Below the pieces are notes generated by a model. It was not told where the DNA came from. It did not search any database and was given only the letters and a program-made list of their open reading frames with translations. Source: an uncultured Chloroflexia bacterium (GTDB taxonomy: Bacteria > Chloroflexota > Dormibacteria > Aeolococcales > Aeolococcaceae). From it: a DNA stretch of 64,000 nucleotides. Shown one piece after another: positions 53,969 through 63,828 of this stretch. The stretch covers positions 599,295 through 663,294 of the forward strand of contig CAVOOO010000009.1 of assembly GCA_963697585.1 (NCBI GenBank). Reading direction: 5' to 3'. Positions within the stretch are counted from its first letter, which is position 1, and every line of letters starts with the position of its first letter. A program made the translations under genes and the position numbers.

Positions 53969-55402
53969 TCAGACGTCGAGCGCCGTCATCACGTGCTTGA
54001 CCCGGGTGTAGTCCTCGAACCCGTACACCGAGAGGTCCTTGCCGTAGCCGGAGTGCCGGAACCCACCGTGGGGCATCTCGGCGACCAGCGGGATGTGGGT
54101 GTTGATCCAGACGCAGCCGAAGTCCAGCCGCTTGGCCATGCGCATCGCCCGGCCGTGGTCGCGAGTCCACACCGACGAGGCCAGTCCGAACTCGACACCG
54201 TTGGCCCAGGCCACCGCCTGGTCCTCGTCGGTGAAGCGCTGCACGGTGATGACCGGGCCGAACACCTCCTCCTGGATGATCTCGTCGGACTGCTCCACCC
54301 CGGTGACCACGGTGGGCTCGTAGAAGAAGCCCCTGTCTCCGATCCGATGGCCGCCGTGGCGCACCTCGGCGTGGGCGGGGAGGCGGTCGACGTAGCCGGC
54401 CACCACCTTGAGCTGGCTGTCGCTGTTGAGAGGGCCGAAGTCCACACCCGGAAGGTCGGGCGCACCGACCACCTGCGCCTTCGCCCGCTCCGACAGCGCC
54501 TCGACGATCTCCCCATAGACGCGCGGGCCGGCGATCACCCGGGTCGCCGCCGTGCAGTCCTGGCCGGCGTTGAAGAAGCCGGCCATGGCGATCCCGGCGG
54601 CCGCCTTCTCGACGTCCACATCGTCGAAGACGACCACCGGAGCCTTGCCGCCCAGCTCCAGGTGCACCCGTTTGATGTCGGCGGCGGCGGTCAGGGCCAC
54701 CTCCCGCCCGGCCCGCACGCTGCCGGTGATCGAGACCATCCGGGGGACGGGATGCCCGATCAGGGCGCTGCCCATGTCGCGGTTGCTGCCGCAGATCACG
54801 TTGAACACCCCGGGAGGGAGGAACTCGGCGGCGATCTCCGCCATCAGCAGGCTGGTCAACGGGGTGGTGTGCGCCGGTTTCAGGACCACCGTGTTGCCGG
54901 CGGCGATGGCGGGGGCGAACTTCCAGACCGCCATCATCATCGGGTAGTTCCAGGGGGTGATCTGGGCGCAGACGCCGACCGGCTCGCGGCGCACGAAGGA
55001 CGTGTAGCCGTGCATGTACTCGGCCGCGGCGCGGCCCTCGAGCAGCCGGCATGCCCCGGCGAAGAAGCGGATCTGGTCGAGGACCGGGGGAAGCTCCTCG
55101 GACGCGGTCAGCGCCCGCGGCTTGCCGGTGTTGCGGCATTCCAGGTCGACGATCTCGTCGCCCCGCCTCTCCATGGCGTCGGCGAGACGGAGCAGGGCCA
55201 GGCTCCGCTCCGACGGCGTGGCCTCACGCCACACCTCGAACGCCCTCTCCGCCACCCGGCAGGCGTGGTCCACGTCCTCCGGCTTGGAGAGTGGCACGGC
55301 GGTGAACGCCTCTCCGGTGACCGGGTCGATCAAATCACTGAAAGCTCCGTCTTTGGGGTCGACATACTCACCGCCGACGAAGTTGCCCCACCTGTCGCGC
55401 AT
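53969..55402 (-). CDS. Aldehyde dehydrogenase (gamma-aminobutyraldehyde/betaine-aldehyde DH-like)
   Basis: From ATG 55402: [66 protein letters not shown]. The remainder of ORF 53969..57073 is antisense read-through. Confidence 0.92.
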   Translation of the reverse strand: MRDRWGNFVGGEYVDPKDGAFSDLIDPVTGEAFTAVPLSKPEDVDHACRVAERAFEVWREATPSERSLALLRLADAMERRGDEIVDLECRNTGKPRALTASEELPPVLDQIRFFAGACRLLEGRAAAEYMHGYTSFVRREPVGVCAQITPWNYPMMMAVWKFAPAIAAGNTVVLKPAHTTPLTSLLMAEIAAEFLPPGVFNVICGSNRDMGSALIGHPVPRMVSITGSVRAGREVALTAAADIKRVHLELGGKAPVVVFDDVDVEKAAAGIAMAGFFNAGQDCTAATRVIAGPRVYGEIVEALSERAKAQVVGAPDLPGVDFGPLNSDSQLKVVAGYVDRLPAHAEVRHGGHRIGDRGFFYEPTVVTGVEQSDEIIQEEVFGPVITVQRFTDEDQAVAWANGVEFGLASSVWTRDHGRAMRMAKRLDFGCVWINTHIPLVAEMPHGGFRHSGYGKDLSVYGFEDYTRVKHVMTALDV

Positions 55403-55474
55403 AACGCTCACGACCACCTCCCCAGTTGCCCACGCCTCCTGTCGGGCACACCCACAACGCCCTTCGGGCGCCAG

Positions 55475-55480
55475 TATAAT
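55475..55480 (+). promoter_or_regulatory. Consensus -10 box TATAAT upstream of the saccharopine-dehydrogenase-like gene
   Basis: CCAGTATAATCGCCGCCCTGGAGGGTTTTCTGCCATG: TATAAT, then GGAGG SD (55490-94), then ATG 55505. Confidence 0.45.
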
Positions 55481-55504
55481 CGCCGCCCTGGAGGGTTTTC
55501 TGCC

Positions 55505-56719
55505 ATGCGAGTTCTGCTTGTCGGCGCTGGTGGAGTGGGAACCGCGATCGCCCGGACGGCGTCGCGCTGGAACCTCTTCGAGAGGATCGTGATCGCCGAT
55601 TACGACGTGGCGCGCGCCCAGCGCGCGGCCGCGACCGGGGAGCGCTGCCACGCCGTGCATCTCGACGCCGGCGACGAGAAGGCGGTATCGCAACTGCTGG
55701 CGGCGGAGGGGTGCGACGTGCTGGTCAACGCCGTCGACCCCCGCTTCGTCATGCCCCTCTTCCGGGCGGCCCTGGCCTCTCGGGTCACCTACCTGGATAT
55801 GGCGATGTCGCTCTCCCACCCCCACCCGGACGAGCCCTACTCGAAGCCCGGGGTGAAGCTCGGCGACGAGCAGTTCGCCCTGGCCTCGGAATGGGAGAGC
55901 AAGGGGCTGCTGGCCCTGGTCGGCATGGGGGTGGAGCCAGGCCTGGCCGACGTCTTCTCCCGCTACGCGTCGGACCGGCTCTTCTCCAGCATCGATGAGG
56001 TCGGGGTCCGGGACGGCGCCAACCTGATCGTCGAGGGTTACGAGTTCGCCCCCACGTTCTCGATCTGGACCACCATCGAGGAATGTCTCAATCCGCCCAT
56101 CATCTTCGAGCGCGGCAAGGGGTGGTTCACGACACCGCCCTTCAGCGAGCCCGAGATCTTCAACTTCCCCGAGGGGATCGGTCCGATCGAGTGCGTCAAC
56201 GTCGAGCACGAGGAGGTGCTCCTGGTGCCGCGCGCCGTCGACTGCGGCCGGGTGACCTTCAAGTACGGGCTGGGCGACGAGTTCATCGGGGTCCTCCAGA
56301 CCCTCCACAAGCTGGGCCTCGACTCGACGGCGCCGGTGCGCGTCGGCGGCGCCCAGGTGGCGCCGCGAGACCTGGTGGCCGCCTGCCTGCCCGATCCGGC
56401 CGAGCTGGGTGACCGGATGTCCGGGCTGACCTGCGCCGGCACCTGGGTGCGCGGCACCGGCAAGGACGGCAAGCCCAGGGAGGTCTACCTCTATCACGTG
56501 GTCGACAACGCCACCTGCATGGCCGAGTACGGCTCGCAGGCGGTGGTGTGGCAGACGGCAGTCAACCCCCTGATCGCCCTCGAGCTGGTCGGGGCGGGGA
56601 CCTGGTCGGGAGCGGGCGTCCTCGGTCCCGAGGCCTTCCCGGCGGAGCCGTTCCTGGACCTGCTCAAGAGCCACGGTGCCCCCTGGGGGTGCGAGGAGCG
56701 CGTACCCCAGGCCGGCTGA
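55505..56719 (+). CDS. Saccharopine dehydrogenase family NAD(P)-binding protein (carboxynorspermidine/homospermidine-type relatives)
   Basis: [16 protein letters not shown] Rossmann start, [25 protein letters not shown]. 404 aa. Confidence 0.8.
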   Translation: MRVLLVGAGGVGTAIARTASRWNLFERIVIADYDVARAQRAAATGERCHAVHLDAGDEKAVSQLLAAEGCDVLVNAVDPRFVMPLFRAALASRVTYLDMAMSLSHPHPDEPYSKPGVKLGDEQFALASEWESKGLLALVGMGVEPGLADVFSRYASDRLFSSIDEVGVRDGANLIVEGYEFAPTFSIWTTIEECLNPPIIFERGKGWFTTPPFSEPEIFNFPEGIGPIECVNVEHEEVLLVPRAVDCGRVTFKYGLGDEFIGVLQTLHKLGLDSTAPVRVGGAQVAPRDLVAACLPDPAELGDRMSGLTCAGTWVRGTGKDGKPREVYLYHVVDNATCMAEYGSQAVVWQTAVNPLIALELVGAGTWSGAGVLGPEAFPAEPFLDLLKSHGAPWGCEERVPQAG

Positions 56720-56761
56720 TCGGGGGCGGGCCGGTCCACCCGGGCGATCCCGGACACCTAC

Positions 56762-56794
56762 GGGGACGGCGGGCGTCTCGCCCGCCCCGTCCCC
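56762..56794 (+). terminator. GC-rich hairpin downstream of the saccharopine-DH-like gene (no U-tract)
   Basis: GGGGACGGCGGGCG-TCT-CGCCCGCC(CC)GTCCCC forms a 13-14 bp stem with a 2-nt bulge. Confidence 0.3.
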
Positions 56795-56934
56795 GGCATC
56801 CTCGCCCACGCCCGCTTCCGTGGTGGGCCGGCCACGCCTCCCGCCGACTTCCCCTCGTTCCGCGACCGCAGCGCGGCCGCTTGGAGCCCTCGGGGTGTCA
56901 GGGAGGAGGCCCGGTACGCGAGAATCCCCTATAC

Positions 56935-57008
56935 GGCGACGTAGCCAAGTGGTAAGGCACGGGTCTGCAAAACCCTGATCGTGGGTTCGATTCCCACCGT
57001 CGCCTCCA
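56935..57008 (+). tRNA. tRNA-Cys (GCA), CCA encoded
   Basis: GGCGACG-TA-GCCA..GGC-..-CTGCAAA loop (anticodon GCA), T arm GTGGG-TTCGATT-CCCAC, CGTCGCC-T-CCA. Confidence 0.92.
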
Positions 57009-57054
57009 AATCGCTCCCCCCACGGGAGATGCCACCGATGACCCGGTCGATCCC

Positions 57055-57832
57055 GTGAGGCGGGAGCAGGCATCGCTCACCGCCCAGCGCGTCGCCGCTC
57101 AGCGCGCTCTCTTCGCCCGCGTGCCGGCCGACCACGGGGATCCGGCGGCGGACGATCGCCTCGGCCGCGACGTCGCCGGCGATCAGCCGGTCGACCCGCA
57201 GAGCCCGATGTTCACGTACCTCGCCGCACGCACCCGGTTCATCGAACTCGGTGGTGGTCGCCTCCCTCCGGCGGGGGATCACCCAGGTGGTGATCGCCGG
57301 CGCCGGCTACGACGGCCGGGCCCTCCGCTACGCCAAGCCGGGAGTGCGCTGGTACGAGGTGGACCACCCGGCGACCCAGGCCGACAAGCTCGGGCGGCTG
57401 ACCCGGCTGGGCCTGCTGCCGGCCGCGGGGGTCGCCTTCGTCGCCGCCGACTTCACCGTCGATGACGTCGCCGCCGGGCTGGCCGCCGCCGGCCAGCGAT
57501 CCGACCTCGCCACCCTCTTCCTCTGCGAGGGCGTCGCCGTCTATCTCGACGCGGACGTGCTCGCGCGTCTCCTCCGAGGGCTGCGCTCCCGGGCGGCACC
57601 GGAGAGCCGGCTGGCGATCAGCCTCTCGGTCGCCGGCGCCTCAACGGAGCGCCGCGAGCGTTTCGAGGCAAGTGTCGCGGAGGTGGGCGAGCCGGTTCGG
57701 ATGATGCTCACCGCCGAGGCCGCCGGCGCCCTGCTCGCCGCCACCGGATGGCGGGACGCCCGCGACCCGAGCGGCGGTGCGGGCGAGGGTCGGGCGGCGC
57801 GAGCCGGATTCCTGGTGGTCCGGCCCTTCTGA
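57055..57832 (+). pseudogene. Class I SAM-dependent methyltransferase (TIGR00027/LCMT-like O-methyltransferase family), apparent +1 indel near 57250
   Basis: [18 protein letters not shown]...YLAARTRFIEL is in the frame of ORF 57055. VVVASLRRGITQVVIAGAGYDGRALRY...WYEVDHPATQADK...LFLCEGVAVYL is in the frame of ORF 57251. Length is 778 nt (3n+1). Confidence 0.8.
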
Positions 57833-57897
57833 TCCGGGACGGCCGCGGTCGGATGGCGGAGCCCCCGGGGAATGGGCGGCCTCCGGCGTCCCTCAGG

Positions 57898-58479
57898 TCA
57901 GGATGCGGCCGGCTCCTCCTCCCACGGCTCCTGGTCCTCGGCGCGACCGAAGAGCAGCAGGGTGAGGATGAGCAGGAATCCCGCCAGAGCCAGGTAGGGG
58001 ATGGAGACGAAGCCGAAGATGTTGAATGGCGTCACCGCGCAGTCGGGCTGCCCGACGCCGCAGTTGAGGTGGATCTGCCCAGGGAACCGCTCCAGCAGGT
58101 AGTGGTAGATGGAGAGGCCGAGGCCGACCACGCCGAGAGGCAGCGCATAGAGGCGGGCGGTGTAGAGGTCGCGCCGCAGCGTGGCGACGCCGAGCACGAC
58201 CACCATCGGGTACATGCAGATCCGCTGGAACCAGCAGAGCTGGCACGGGACCAGGTCCGCCCCGAACTGGAAGTAGAGGCTGCCCGAGACGGCGATCAGC
58301 GACACCAGGAACGCCGCAGGGAGGGCGATCGGCGACACCAGGTCGCGCAGCCCGTCCCACCATCCGCGCGCGGTGGCGGAGACGCGGCTGAGCAACAGAC
58401 CCACCAGCGCGGCCAGGACGATGGCATCGGCGATCAGGGCCAGCACCGCCAGGGGGGTGGCGACGCCCAGGAGCGTCAT
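57898..58479 (-). CDS. DsbB/BdbC-family disulfide bond formation membrane protein
   Basis: From ATG 58479: 4 TM, first-loop CQLCWFQR (CxxC...QR) and second-loop Cys pair NCGVGQPDC. Confidence 0.85.
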   Translation of the reverse strand: MTLLGVATPLAVLALIADAIVLAALVGLLLSRVSATARGWWDGLRDLVSPIALPAAFLVSLIAVSGSLYFQFGADLVPCQLCWFQRICMYPMVVVLGVATLRRDLYTARLYALPLGVVGLGLSIYHYLLERFPGQIHLNCGVGQPDCAVTPFNIFGFVSIPYLALAGFLLILTLLLFGRAEDQEPWEEEPAAS

Positions 58480-58516
58480 CGGGCGACGCGCCCCGAGCGG
58501 GGGTCGGAGAGCACGC

Positions 58517-59470
58517 TCAGCTGCCGACGGTGGCCTGAGCGTTGAGCCCGGCCTCGATGCCCTGGATCGTCCCGGACTCGCAGACCGAGGCGGGCTGGTT
58601 GCCGGTGGTGAGGCAGATCGCCGCGGTGAGGTAGTTGGCGTTGCCGACGATGGCCTGGGTGACGTTGCTGGTCGGATCACCGAGGTCGGCGGCGATCTGC
58701 TTCCAGCTCAGCCCCTGGAGGATGGCGGGGTCGTAGCTGGTGTTGAAGAGGACGAACCGCCCCGCGATGTAGAGGAAGGGGTAGCCGTTGGAGGCGGTGT
58801 AGGGCGGCTGATCGTAGGTGGTGAAGATCTGCTCGACCTGCGAGTCCGGTGTCTGCAGCGGGTTGTCGTTCCGGTCGTACAGCTCGGTCGAGCTGAAGTC
58901 GATCCACTGGCTGCTGTAGGTGGCGTCCAGGAAGGTGAACGTGCTGGTGTCCGGGTCGACGTCATTGCTCGTGGACGACATCTCCTTCAGGCCGGTGAAG
59001 GCGCCGAAGCGGGAGAGGGCCATGATCATCGTCCACCGCTCGGCGGCACAGTACGGGCAGTACTCCGCGCCGACGAAGATGATCTCCGGCCTGCCGCTCG
59101 AGTCCTTGAGGACGGTGCTGCCGCTGAGCCGGCTGAGCTCACCCGATTGCCCGCCGCGGCCGACCTGGGTGAGCAGGCTGGCGCTGGGGTTGGTGACCGC
59201 CGCCAGGACCGACGCCGGCACCGGGGTGGGGGTGGACACCGCCTGGACGCTGCTGCCGGTGAGCACCACGACCAGGACCACGATCAACGCCACCACGGCC
59301 GCGGCTCCGCCGCCGAGGGCGTAGGGGGCCTGCCACCACGGTCGCGGCGCCGAGCTGGGGAGGCGCTGGGCCTGACGCCGGCGCTGCTTCTTGGTGAGCG
59401 GGCGTCCGGCCACGGCCGGCGCGGACCGGGGGCGGGCGCGGGGCGCGGGAGAGCGAGGACTCTGGGGCAT
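58517..59470 (-). CDS. DUF929-type membrane-anchored thioredoxin-fold protein (CPYC active site)
   Basis: Basic N-terminus plus [19 protein letters not shown] is characteristic of DUF929. Directly upstream of the DsbB-like gene. Confidence 0.8.
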   Translation of the reverse strand: MPQSPRSPAPRARPRSAPAVAGRPLTKKQRRRQAQRLPSSAPRPWWQAPYALGGGAAAVVALIVVLVVVLTGSSVQAVSTPTPVPASVLAAVTNPSASLLTQVGRGGQSGELSRLSGSTVLKDSSGRPEIIFVGAEYCPYCAAERWTMIMALSRFGAFTGLKEMSSTSNDVDPDTSTFTFLDATYSSQWIDFSSTELYDRNDNPLQTPDSQVEQIFTTYDQPPYTASNGYPFLYIAGRFVLFNTSYDPAILQGLSWKQIAADLGDPTSNVTQAIVGNANYLTAAICLTTGNQPASVCESGTIQGIEAGLNAQATVGS

Positions 59471-59607
59471 TGCGCTCAGACCGGGTGGGCAGCCGGGTGC
59501 ATCAGTCGGTGGGCTCCGAGACCGATTGGAGAAGCAGGTTCATGGTACGTGACGCCCCGCGGCGCACCCCGCTCCGCTATTCCGGCAACCCGCCGGAACG
59601 GGCCCGG

Positions 59608-61071
59608 CTACTCGCCGCGGAGCCGCCTGCGGATCTCAGTGAGACGCAGCGCGATGGCCGCCTCCGCCCCACGCTCGCCGGGCTCGTAGTACTGCCGGCC
59701 GGCGAGGCGATCGGGCAGGTGCTGCTGCTCGGCGACCCCGCCCGGCTCGTCGTGGGCGTAGCGGTAGCCGGCCCCGAACCCCATCGCCCGACCCATGGAG
59801 GTCACCGCGTTGCGAAGGTGGAGGGGAACCGGCTCGTGGAGGGTGTCGAGCACGTCCTGACGGGCGGCGCCGTAGGCCCGCTTGGCGGAGTTGCTCTTGG
59901 GCGCCATCGCCAGATAGAGGGTCGCTTCGGCGAGCGGGAGGTAGCCCTCGGGCATCCCCACGAAGTGCGCCGCCTGCTGGGCGGCGATCGCCACCGAGAG
60001 CGCCTGGGGGTCGGCCAGGCCGACGTCCTCGGAGGCGAGCACCACCAGGCGGCGCGCCACGAACAGCGGGTCCTCCCCCGCCTCGAGCATCCGGGCCAGC
60101 CAGTAGATCCCGGCGTCCGGGTCGGAGCCCCGGATCGACTTGATGAATGCAGAGATCAGCCAGTAGTGCTGGTCCCCCGCCTTGTCGTAGAGGAGCGCCG
60201 GTGATTGGAGGGCGCCCTCGACGTCGGCGACACCGACCGTCTCCCCTCCGCGCCGGCCCACCGCCACCACCGCCAGCTCCAGGGCGTCCAGCGCGACGCG
60301 CGCATCCCCACCCGCCAGGCCCACCAGGCGGGTCTCGGCCGCCGCGTCCAGCCCGACGTGGTGGCGGGCGAGGCCCCTATCGGCGTCGGCGAGTGCGCGC
60401 CGGACCAGAGTTCGAAGTGCGTCGGGGTCGAGCGCCTCGAGCCGGACCACCCGGGCCCGCGAGAGGAGGGCCGCGTTGACCTCGAAGCTCGGGTTCTCGG
60501 TGGTCGCGCCCAGCAGGTGGACCAGACCGCTCTCCACGTGGGGGAGCACCGCGTCCTGCTGCGCCTTGTTGAAGCGGTGGATCTCGTCGATGAAGAGCAC
60601 GGTCGCCCGCCCCAGGCGCCGGCGCTCTCGCGCTCGGGCGACGATCTGGCGGAGGTCGGCCACCCCGGCCGCCACCGCGCTCACCGGCTCGAAGCTGGCC
60701 CGGGTGCTGGCCGCGAGCAGCATGGCCAGGGTCGTCTTGCCGCTCCCGGGAGGTCCCCAGAGGATGAGCGAGGGCAGCTGATCCGCCTCCACCGCCTCTC
60801 GGAGGACGCTGCCGGGGCCGATCACCGCGTCCTGGCCGACCAGCTCGTCGAGGCTCCGCGGCCGCATCCGGGTGGCCAGCGGCGCGGACGGGCCCACGGC
60901 CAGCGACGGTGCATCACCGGGCCCGGGGGACCACGTCGAACCCGTTCGCGGGGAGGTCTGGCCGAGCGCGGGAGGGACTTCACCGGAGGCGCCCGCCTGG
61001 TCCGCCGGCCGACCGCCCTCCCCCCCGACACCTCCGAAGAGGTCGTCCTGGGGGGAGGGTCGATCAGTCAT
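59608..61071 (-). CDS. rarA: Replication-associated recombination protein A (MgsA/RarA AAA+ ATPase)
   Basis: [62 protein letters not shown] 61071 chosen (TTG 61080 is possible). Confidence 0.93.
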   Translation of the reverse strand: MTDRPSPQDDLFGGVGGEGGRPADQAGASGEVPPALGQTSPRTGSTWSPGPGDAPSLAVGPSAPLATRMRPRSLDELVGQDAVIGPGSVLREAVEADQLPSLILWGPPGSGKTTLAMLLAASTRASFEPVSAVAAGVADLRQIVARARERRRLGRATVLFIDEIHRFNKAQQDAVLPHVESGLVHLLGATTENPSFEVNAALLSRARVVRLEALDPDALRTLVRRALADADRGLARHHVGLDAAAETRLVGLAGGDARVALDALELAVVAVGRRGGETVGVADVEGALQSPALLYDKAGDQHYWLISAFIKSIRGSDPDAGIYWLARMLEAGEDPLFVARRLVVLASEDVGLADPQALSVAIAAQQAAHFVGMPEGYLPLAEATLYLAMAPKSNSAKRAYGAARQDVLDTLHEPVPLHLRNAVTSMGRAMGFGAGYRYAHDEPGGVAEQQHLPDRLAGRQYYEPGERGAEAAIALRLTEIRRRLRGE

Positions 61072-61120
61072 CTCCGGCAACGCTACGCCGCGGCAACCCG
61101 GCGAGGCGTCACCACGACGG

Positions 61121-62083
61121 TCACCGCGCGGGCGGCGGCCCCTGGACGGCCGGCAGCTTCACCGCCGGCGCAGCCTCTGAGGGGACCGCTCCCAGGACGC
61201 CCCGGAGCGCCTGCGCCGCACCCATGAGGGCGGCCGACTCCGCGGGGACCACGATGGTGGTGTTGTCGCTGTCGGCGAACTTGCTCAGGGTGTCGAGCTG
61301 CAGGATGGCCACCAGGGTCGGGTCGGGCGCGGCCTGCTTGATCGACTGGTAGACGTTGGTGATGGCGAGGGCGCGCCCCTCGGCCTCGAGGATCGCCGCC
61401 TGCCTAGCCCCCTCGGCCCTGAGGATGGTGGCCTGCCGCTCGCCCTCCGCCTGCTTGATCGCCGCCTGCCGGTTGCCCTCGGCGATGTTGATGGCCTGCT
61501 GCTGCTGCCCCTCGGACTGCAGGATGCGAGCCCGCTTCTCCTGGTCGGCCTGCTTCTGCAGCGCCATCGCCTGGAGGATCTGCCCGGGAGGGCTGATGTC
61601 GACGATCTCGATCCGGTTGATCCGGATCCCCCACTTGTCGGTGACCTGCTCCATCTGCTGCTGCATCGCCGCGTTGATCTGCTCGCGCTGGGAGAGGGCA
61701 TCGTCCAACGAGACGTTCCCGAAGGCGTTGCGGAGGGTGGTCCGCGCCTGCTGGTCGATGGCGATGAAGTAGTTGGAGACGTTGAAGAGAGCGGCCTTGG
61801 CGTCGATCACCTGGCTGAAGATGGTGGCGTTGACGGCGACGGCCACGTTGTCGCGGGTGATCACGTCCTGGCGGTCCCCGGTGCGCGGCGTCTCGCGCAT
61901 GTCGACCCGGACCAGCTTGTCGAAGAACGGCCAGATCAGGCAGATGCCGGAGCCGACCTCGCGGTGGTACCGGCCGAACCGCGTCACCACTCCGTTGAAG
62001 CCCTGCTGGACCAGGTTCACGGCGGTGCCGAGCCCGACCAGCAGGAGGAAGACGACGACGGCCAGTGCTATGAGCGCGCCCAT
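61121..62083 (-). CDS. SPFH/band-7 (stomatin/prohibitin-like) membrane protein
   Basis: N-terminal TM, VITRDNVAVAVNATIF, GIRINRIEIVDISPP, coiled-coil QADQEKRARILQSEG.... Confidence 0.9.
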   Translation of the reverse strand: MGALIALAVVVFLLLVGLGTAVNLVQQGFNGVVTRFGRYHREVGSGICLIWPFFDKLVRVDMRETPRTGDRQDVITRDNVAVAVNATIFSQVIDAKAALFNVSNYFIAIDQQARTTLRNAFGNVSLDDALSQREQINAAMQQQMEQVTDKWGIRINRIEIVDISPPGQILQAMALQKQADQEKRARILQSEGQQQQAINIAEGNRQAAIKQAEGERQATILRAEGARQAAILEAEGRALAITNVYQSIKQAAPDPTLVAILQLDTLSKFADSDNTTIVVPAESAALMGAAQALRGVLGAVPSEAAPAVKLPAVQGPPPAR

Positions 62084-62128
62084 GGATCAGCTCCTCAGAT
62101 GTCGGCCGGGGTTCTCAGCGGCTCCGGC

Positions 62129-62587
62129 CTATTGACGAGGCGCGCCGCTGGCGCGCACCAGAAGGGTGGTGCCCCGCACCGCGGCGACGACCACCGGGGT
62201 GTCCGTGGGGATCGTCTCGGCGGCGTCGGTGATGGCCAGCCACCGCTCGTTGGCGAGCAGGGCGTGACCCGGGTGACGCTCGTCACCGACCGGGTCGACG
62301 GTGACGGCACGCGCGCCCACCAGGCCGCCGGCCAGCCCCGGGAACCGGTAGGGGGCGGAGAGCCGGCCCTCCATCGCCTGCTTGAGCACCGGCCGCACCG
62401 CGAAGACCCCGCCGATGGCGGCGGCGGCGCCCGCGATCACCTGCACCCAGAGAGCGAGGCCGACGGCTCCGAGGATGGCGGCCACGGCGGCGCCCACCGC
62501 CAGGAAGAGGAGGTACAGCGCCTGGGTATGGATCTCACCCGCGGCCAGCAGGACCGCCACCACGACCCAGAACAACCACCACGCCAT
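62129..62587 (-). CDS. NfeD-family membrane protein (OB-fold C-terminus)
   Basis: From ATG 62587: MAWWLFWVVVAVLLAAGE, a second and third TM, then LVGARAVTV...ERW...VVVAAVRGTTLLV. Classic partner of the SPFH gene. Confidence 0.8.
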   Translation of the reverse strand: MAWWLFWVVVAVLLAAGEIHTQALYLLFLAVGAAVAAILGAVGLALWVQVIAGAAAAIGGVFAVRPVLKQAMEGRLSAPYRFPGLAGGLVGARAVTVDPVGDERHPGHALLANERWLAITDAAETIPTDTPVVVAAVRGTTLLVRASGAPRQ

Positions 62588-62668
62588 CTGGGCCGAAGTG
62601 TAGCCCCTCGGAGCCGTTGGCAGAGCCCACCGATCGCACCTGGCGCTGCGCTCCGACCGCCACCAGAG

Positions 62669-62674
62669 TACGAT
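62669..62674 (+). promoter_or_regulatory. Candidate -10 box TACGAT 7 nt upstream of ATG 62682 (leaderless)
   Basis: CCAGAGTACGATCGCGGATATG read directly. Confidence 0.3.
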
Positions 62675-62681
62675 CGCGGAT

Positions 62682-62966
62682 ATGAAGGGAGACCGGGTGG
62701 AGATCGTCATCGACACCGGGGGAGCGGCGGAGACCTACGAGATCGTCGCCACCCGAGCGGGACGCAAGGTCGAGGTGAGCACCGCCCGCGGGGTGGTCGA
62801 GGTCAGCGAGGTGACCCGCGCCGGGCAGGCCGTTCGCACCGGGCGCTTCATGGCCACCCGGGTGATCGCCCTCGTCGAGCACCCGGCCAGCGACGAGCCG
62901 GTGGGCGCGGAGGAGTCCTCGCGTCACCGCCGGCCGCGCGCGGAGCAGGCCGAAACACTCCTCTGA
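62682..62966 (+). CDS. Hypothetical small protein (94 aa)
   Basis: ORF with a plausible leaderless promoter. Beta-rich repetitive sequence (VEIVIDTGG..YEIVATRAG.KVEVSTARGVVEVSEV). No recognisable family. Confidence 0.4.
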   Translation: MKGDRVEIVIDTGGAAETYEIVATRAGRKVEVSTARGVVEVSEVTRAGQAVRTGRFMATRVIALVEHPASDEPVGAEESSRHRRPRAEQAETLL

Positions 62967-63022
62967 CGGCCGGACGTAGACTGGCGGCAGAGCCCGTTGC
63001 GACCGCAAGGAGGCAGTAGTCC

Positions 63023-63343
63023 GTGCCCACCGTCACCGAGATCTTCGACGAGGTCAACCGCCGCCTGGCCGAGCCGGGCAAGGCCGGCAACACCACCGGT
63101 GCCTACCAATTCGACCTGAGCGGAGACGACGGCGGCCCGTTCCACATCGTGCTGCGAGAAGGGGTCGGCGAGGCAGGTGCGGGCGCCACCGAGAACCCGA
63201 ACACGACGATCTCCATGTCCGCCGCCGACTTCGTGGGGCTGGCCACCGGCAAGCTGGACCCGACCATGGCGTTCATGACCGGCAAGCTCAAGGTCCGGGG
63301 GGACATGGCCCTGGCCATGAAGCTCCAGAACGTGCTCCGCTAG
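63023..63343 (+). CDS. SCP2 sterol-binding domain protein
   Basis: YQFDLSGDDGG, ISMSAADFVGLATGKLDPTMAFMTGKLKVRGDMALAMKL (SCP2 C-terminal signature). Confidence 0.85.
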   Translation: MPTVTEIFDEVNRRLAEPGKAGNTTGAYQFDLSGDDGGPFHIVLREGVGEAGAGATENPNTTISMSAADFVGLATGKLDPTMAFMTGKLKVRGDMALAMKLQNVLR

Positions 63344-63385
63344 GCCGGGTATCGCAACCTCGCGCCAGCAGGCCGATCCGAGCTG

Positions 63386-63721
63386 ATGCCCATCCCCGCC
63401 CCCGACCGCACCCGGCCGCTCCGCTTCGACTACGACGAGCCCCAGCGCGCCCTGCTCGTGGAGTGGGCGGACGGGACCGTGCACCGAATCCCGTTCCCGG
63501 TGCTGCGCCGCGCCTGCCCCTGCGCGGTCTGCGCCGGGGAGATGGGCTCCCCGGGGCGCTTCGCCGCCGGCCCCGACCTCGGGGCGGGCGAGGACGACCT
63601 CGCCGACATCGGCCTGGTGGGCGCCTACGGGCTCAACGCCGTCTGGGCGGACGGCCATTCCACCGGCATCTACACGTTCGAGCGGCTCCGCGACCTGGGC
63701 GAGTGGGCGGGATCGGCGTAG
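63386..63721 (+). CDS. DUF971 (gamma-butyrobetaine hydroxylase-like N-terminal domain) protein
   Basis: LLVEWADGTVHRIPFPVLRRACPCAVC...YGLNAVWADGHSTGIYTFERLR matches the DUF971 pattern. Confidence 0.8.
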   Translation: MPIPAPDRTRPLRFDYDEPQRALLVEWADGTVHRIPFPVLRRACPCAVCAGEMGSPGRFAAGPDLGAGEDDLADIGLVGAYGLNAVWADGHSTGIYTFERLRDLGEWAGSA

Positions 63722-63813
63722 CCCTCCGGGAGGCGGCTGCTCCTCCCCTCCCCTCTCGGGAGCGGGCCCGGTGACAGCCTCCCCGGGGGGCTGGCCCGGT
63801 CCCACCGCCGCGA

Positions 63814-63819
63814 TATACT
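63814..63819 (+). promoter_or_regulatory. Candidate -10 box TATACT upstream of tRNA-Gly
   Basis: GCGATATACTCGGCGGCGC followed by the tRNA 5' end at 63829. Confidence 0.35.
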
Positions 63820-63828
63820 CGGCGGCGC

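Noticed and set aside
22629-57832. Programmed ribosomal frameshifting as an explanation for the +1/-1 junctions
   Set aside because: None of the junctions has a slippery heptamer (X XXY YYZ) or an RF2/antizyme-like context. The affected genes belong to families with no known recoding.
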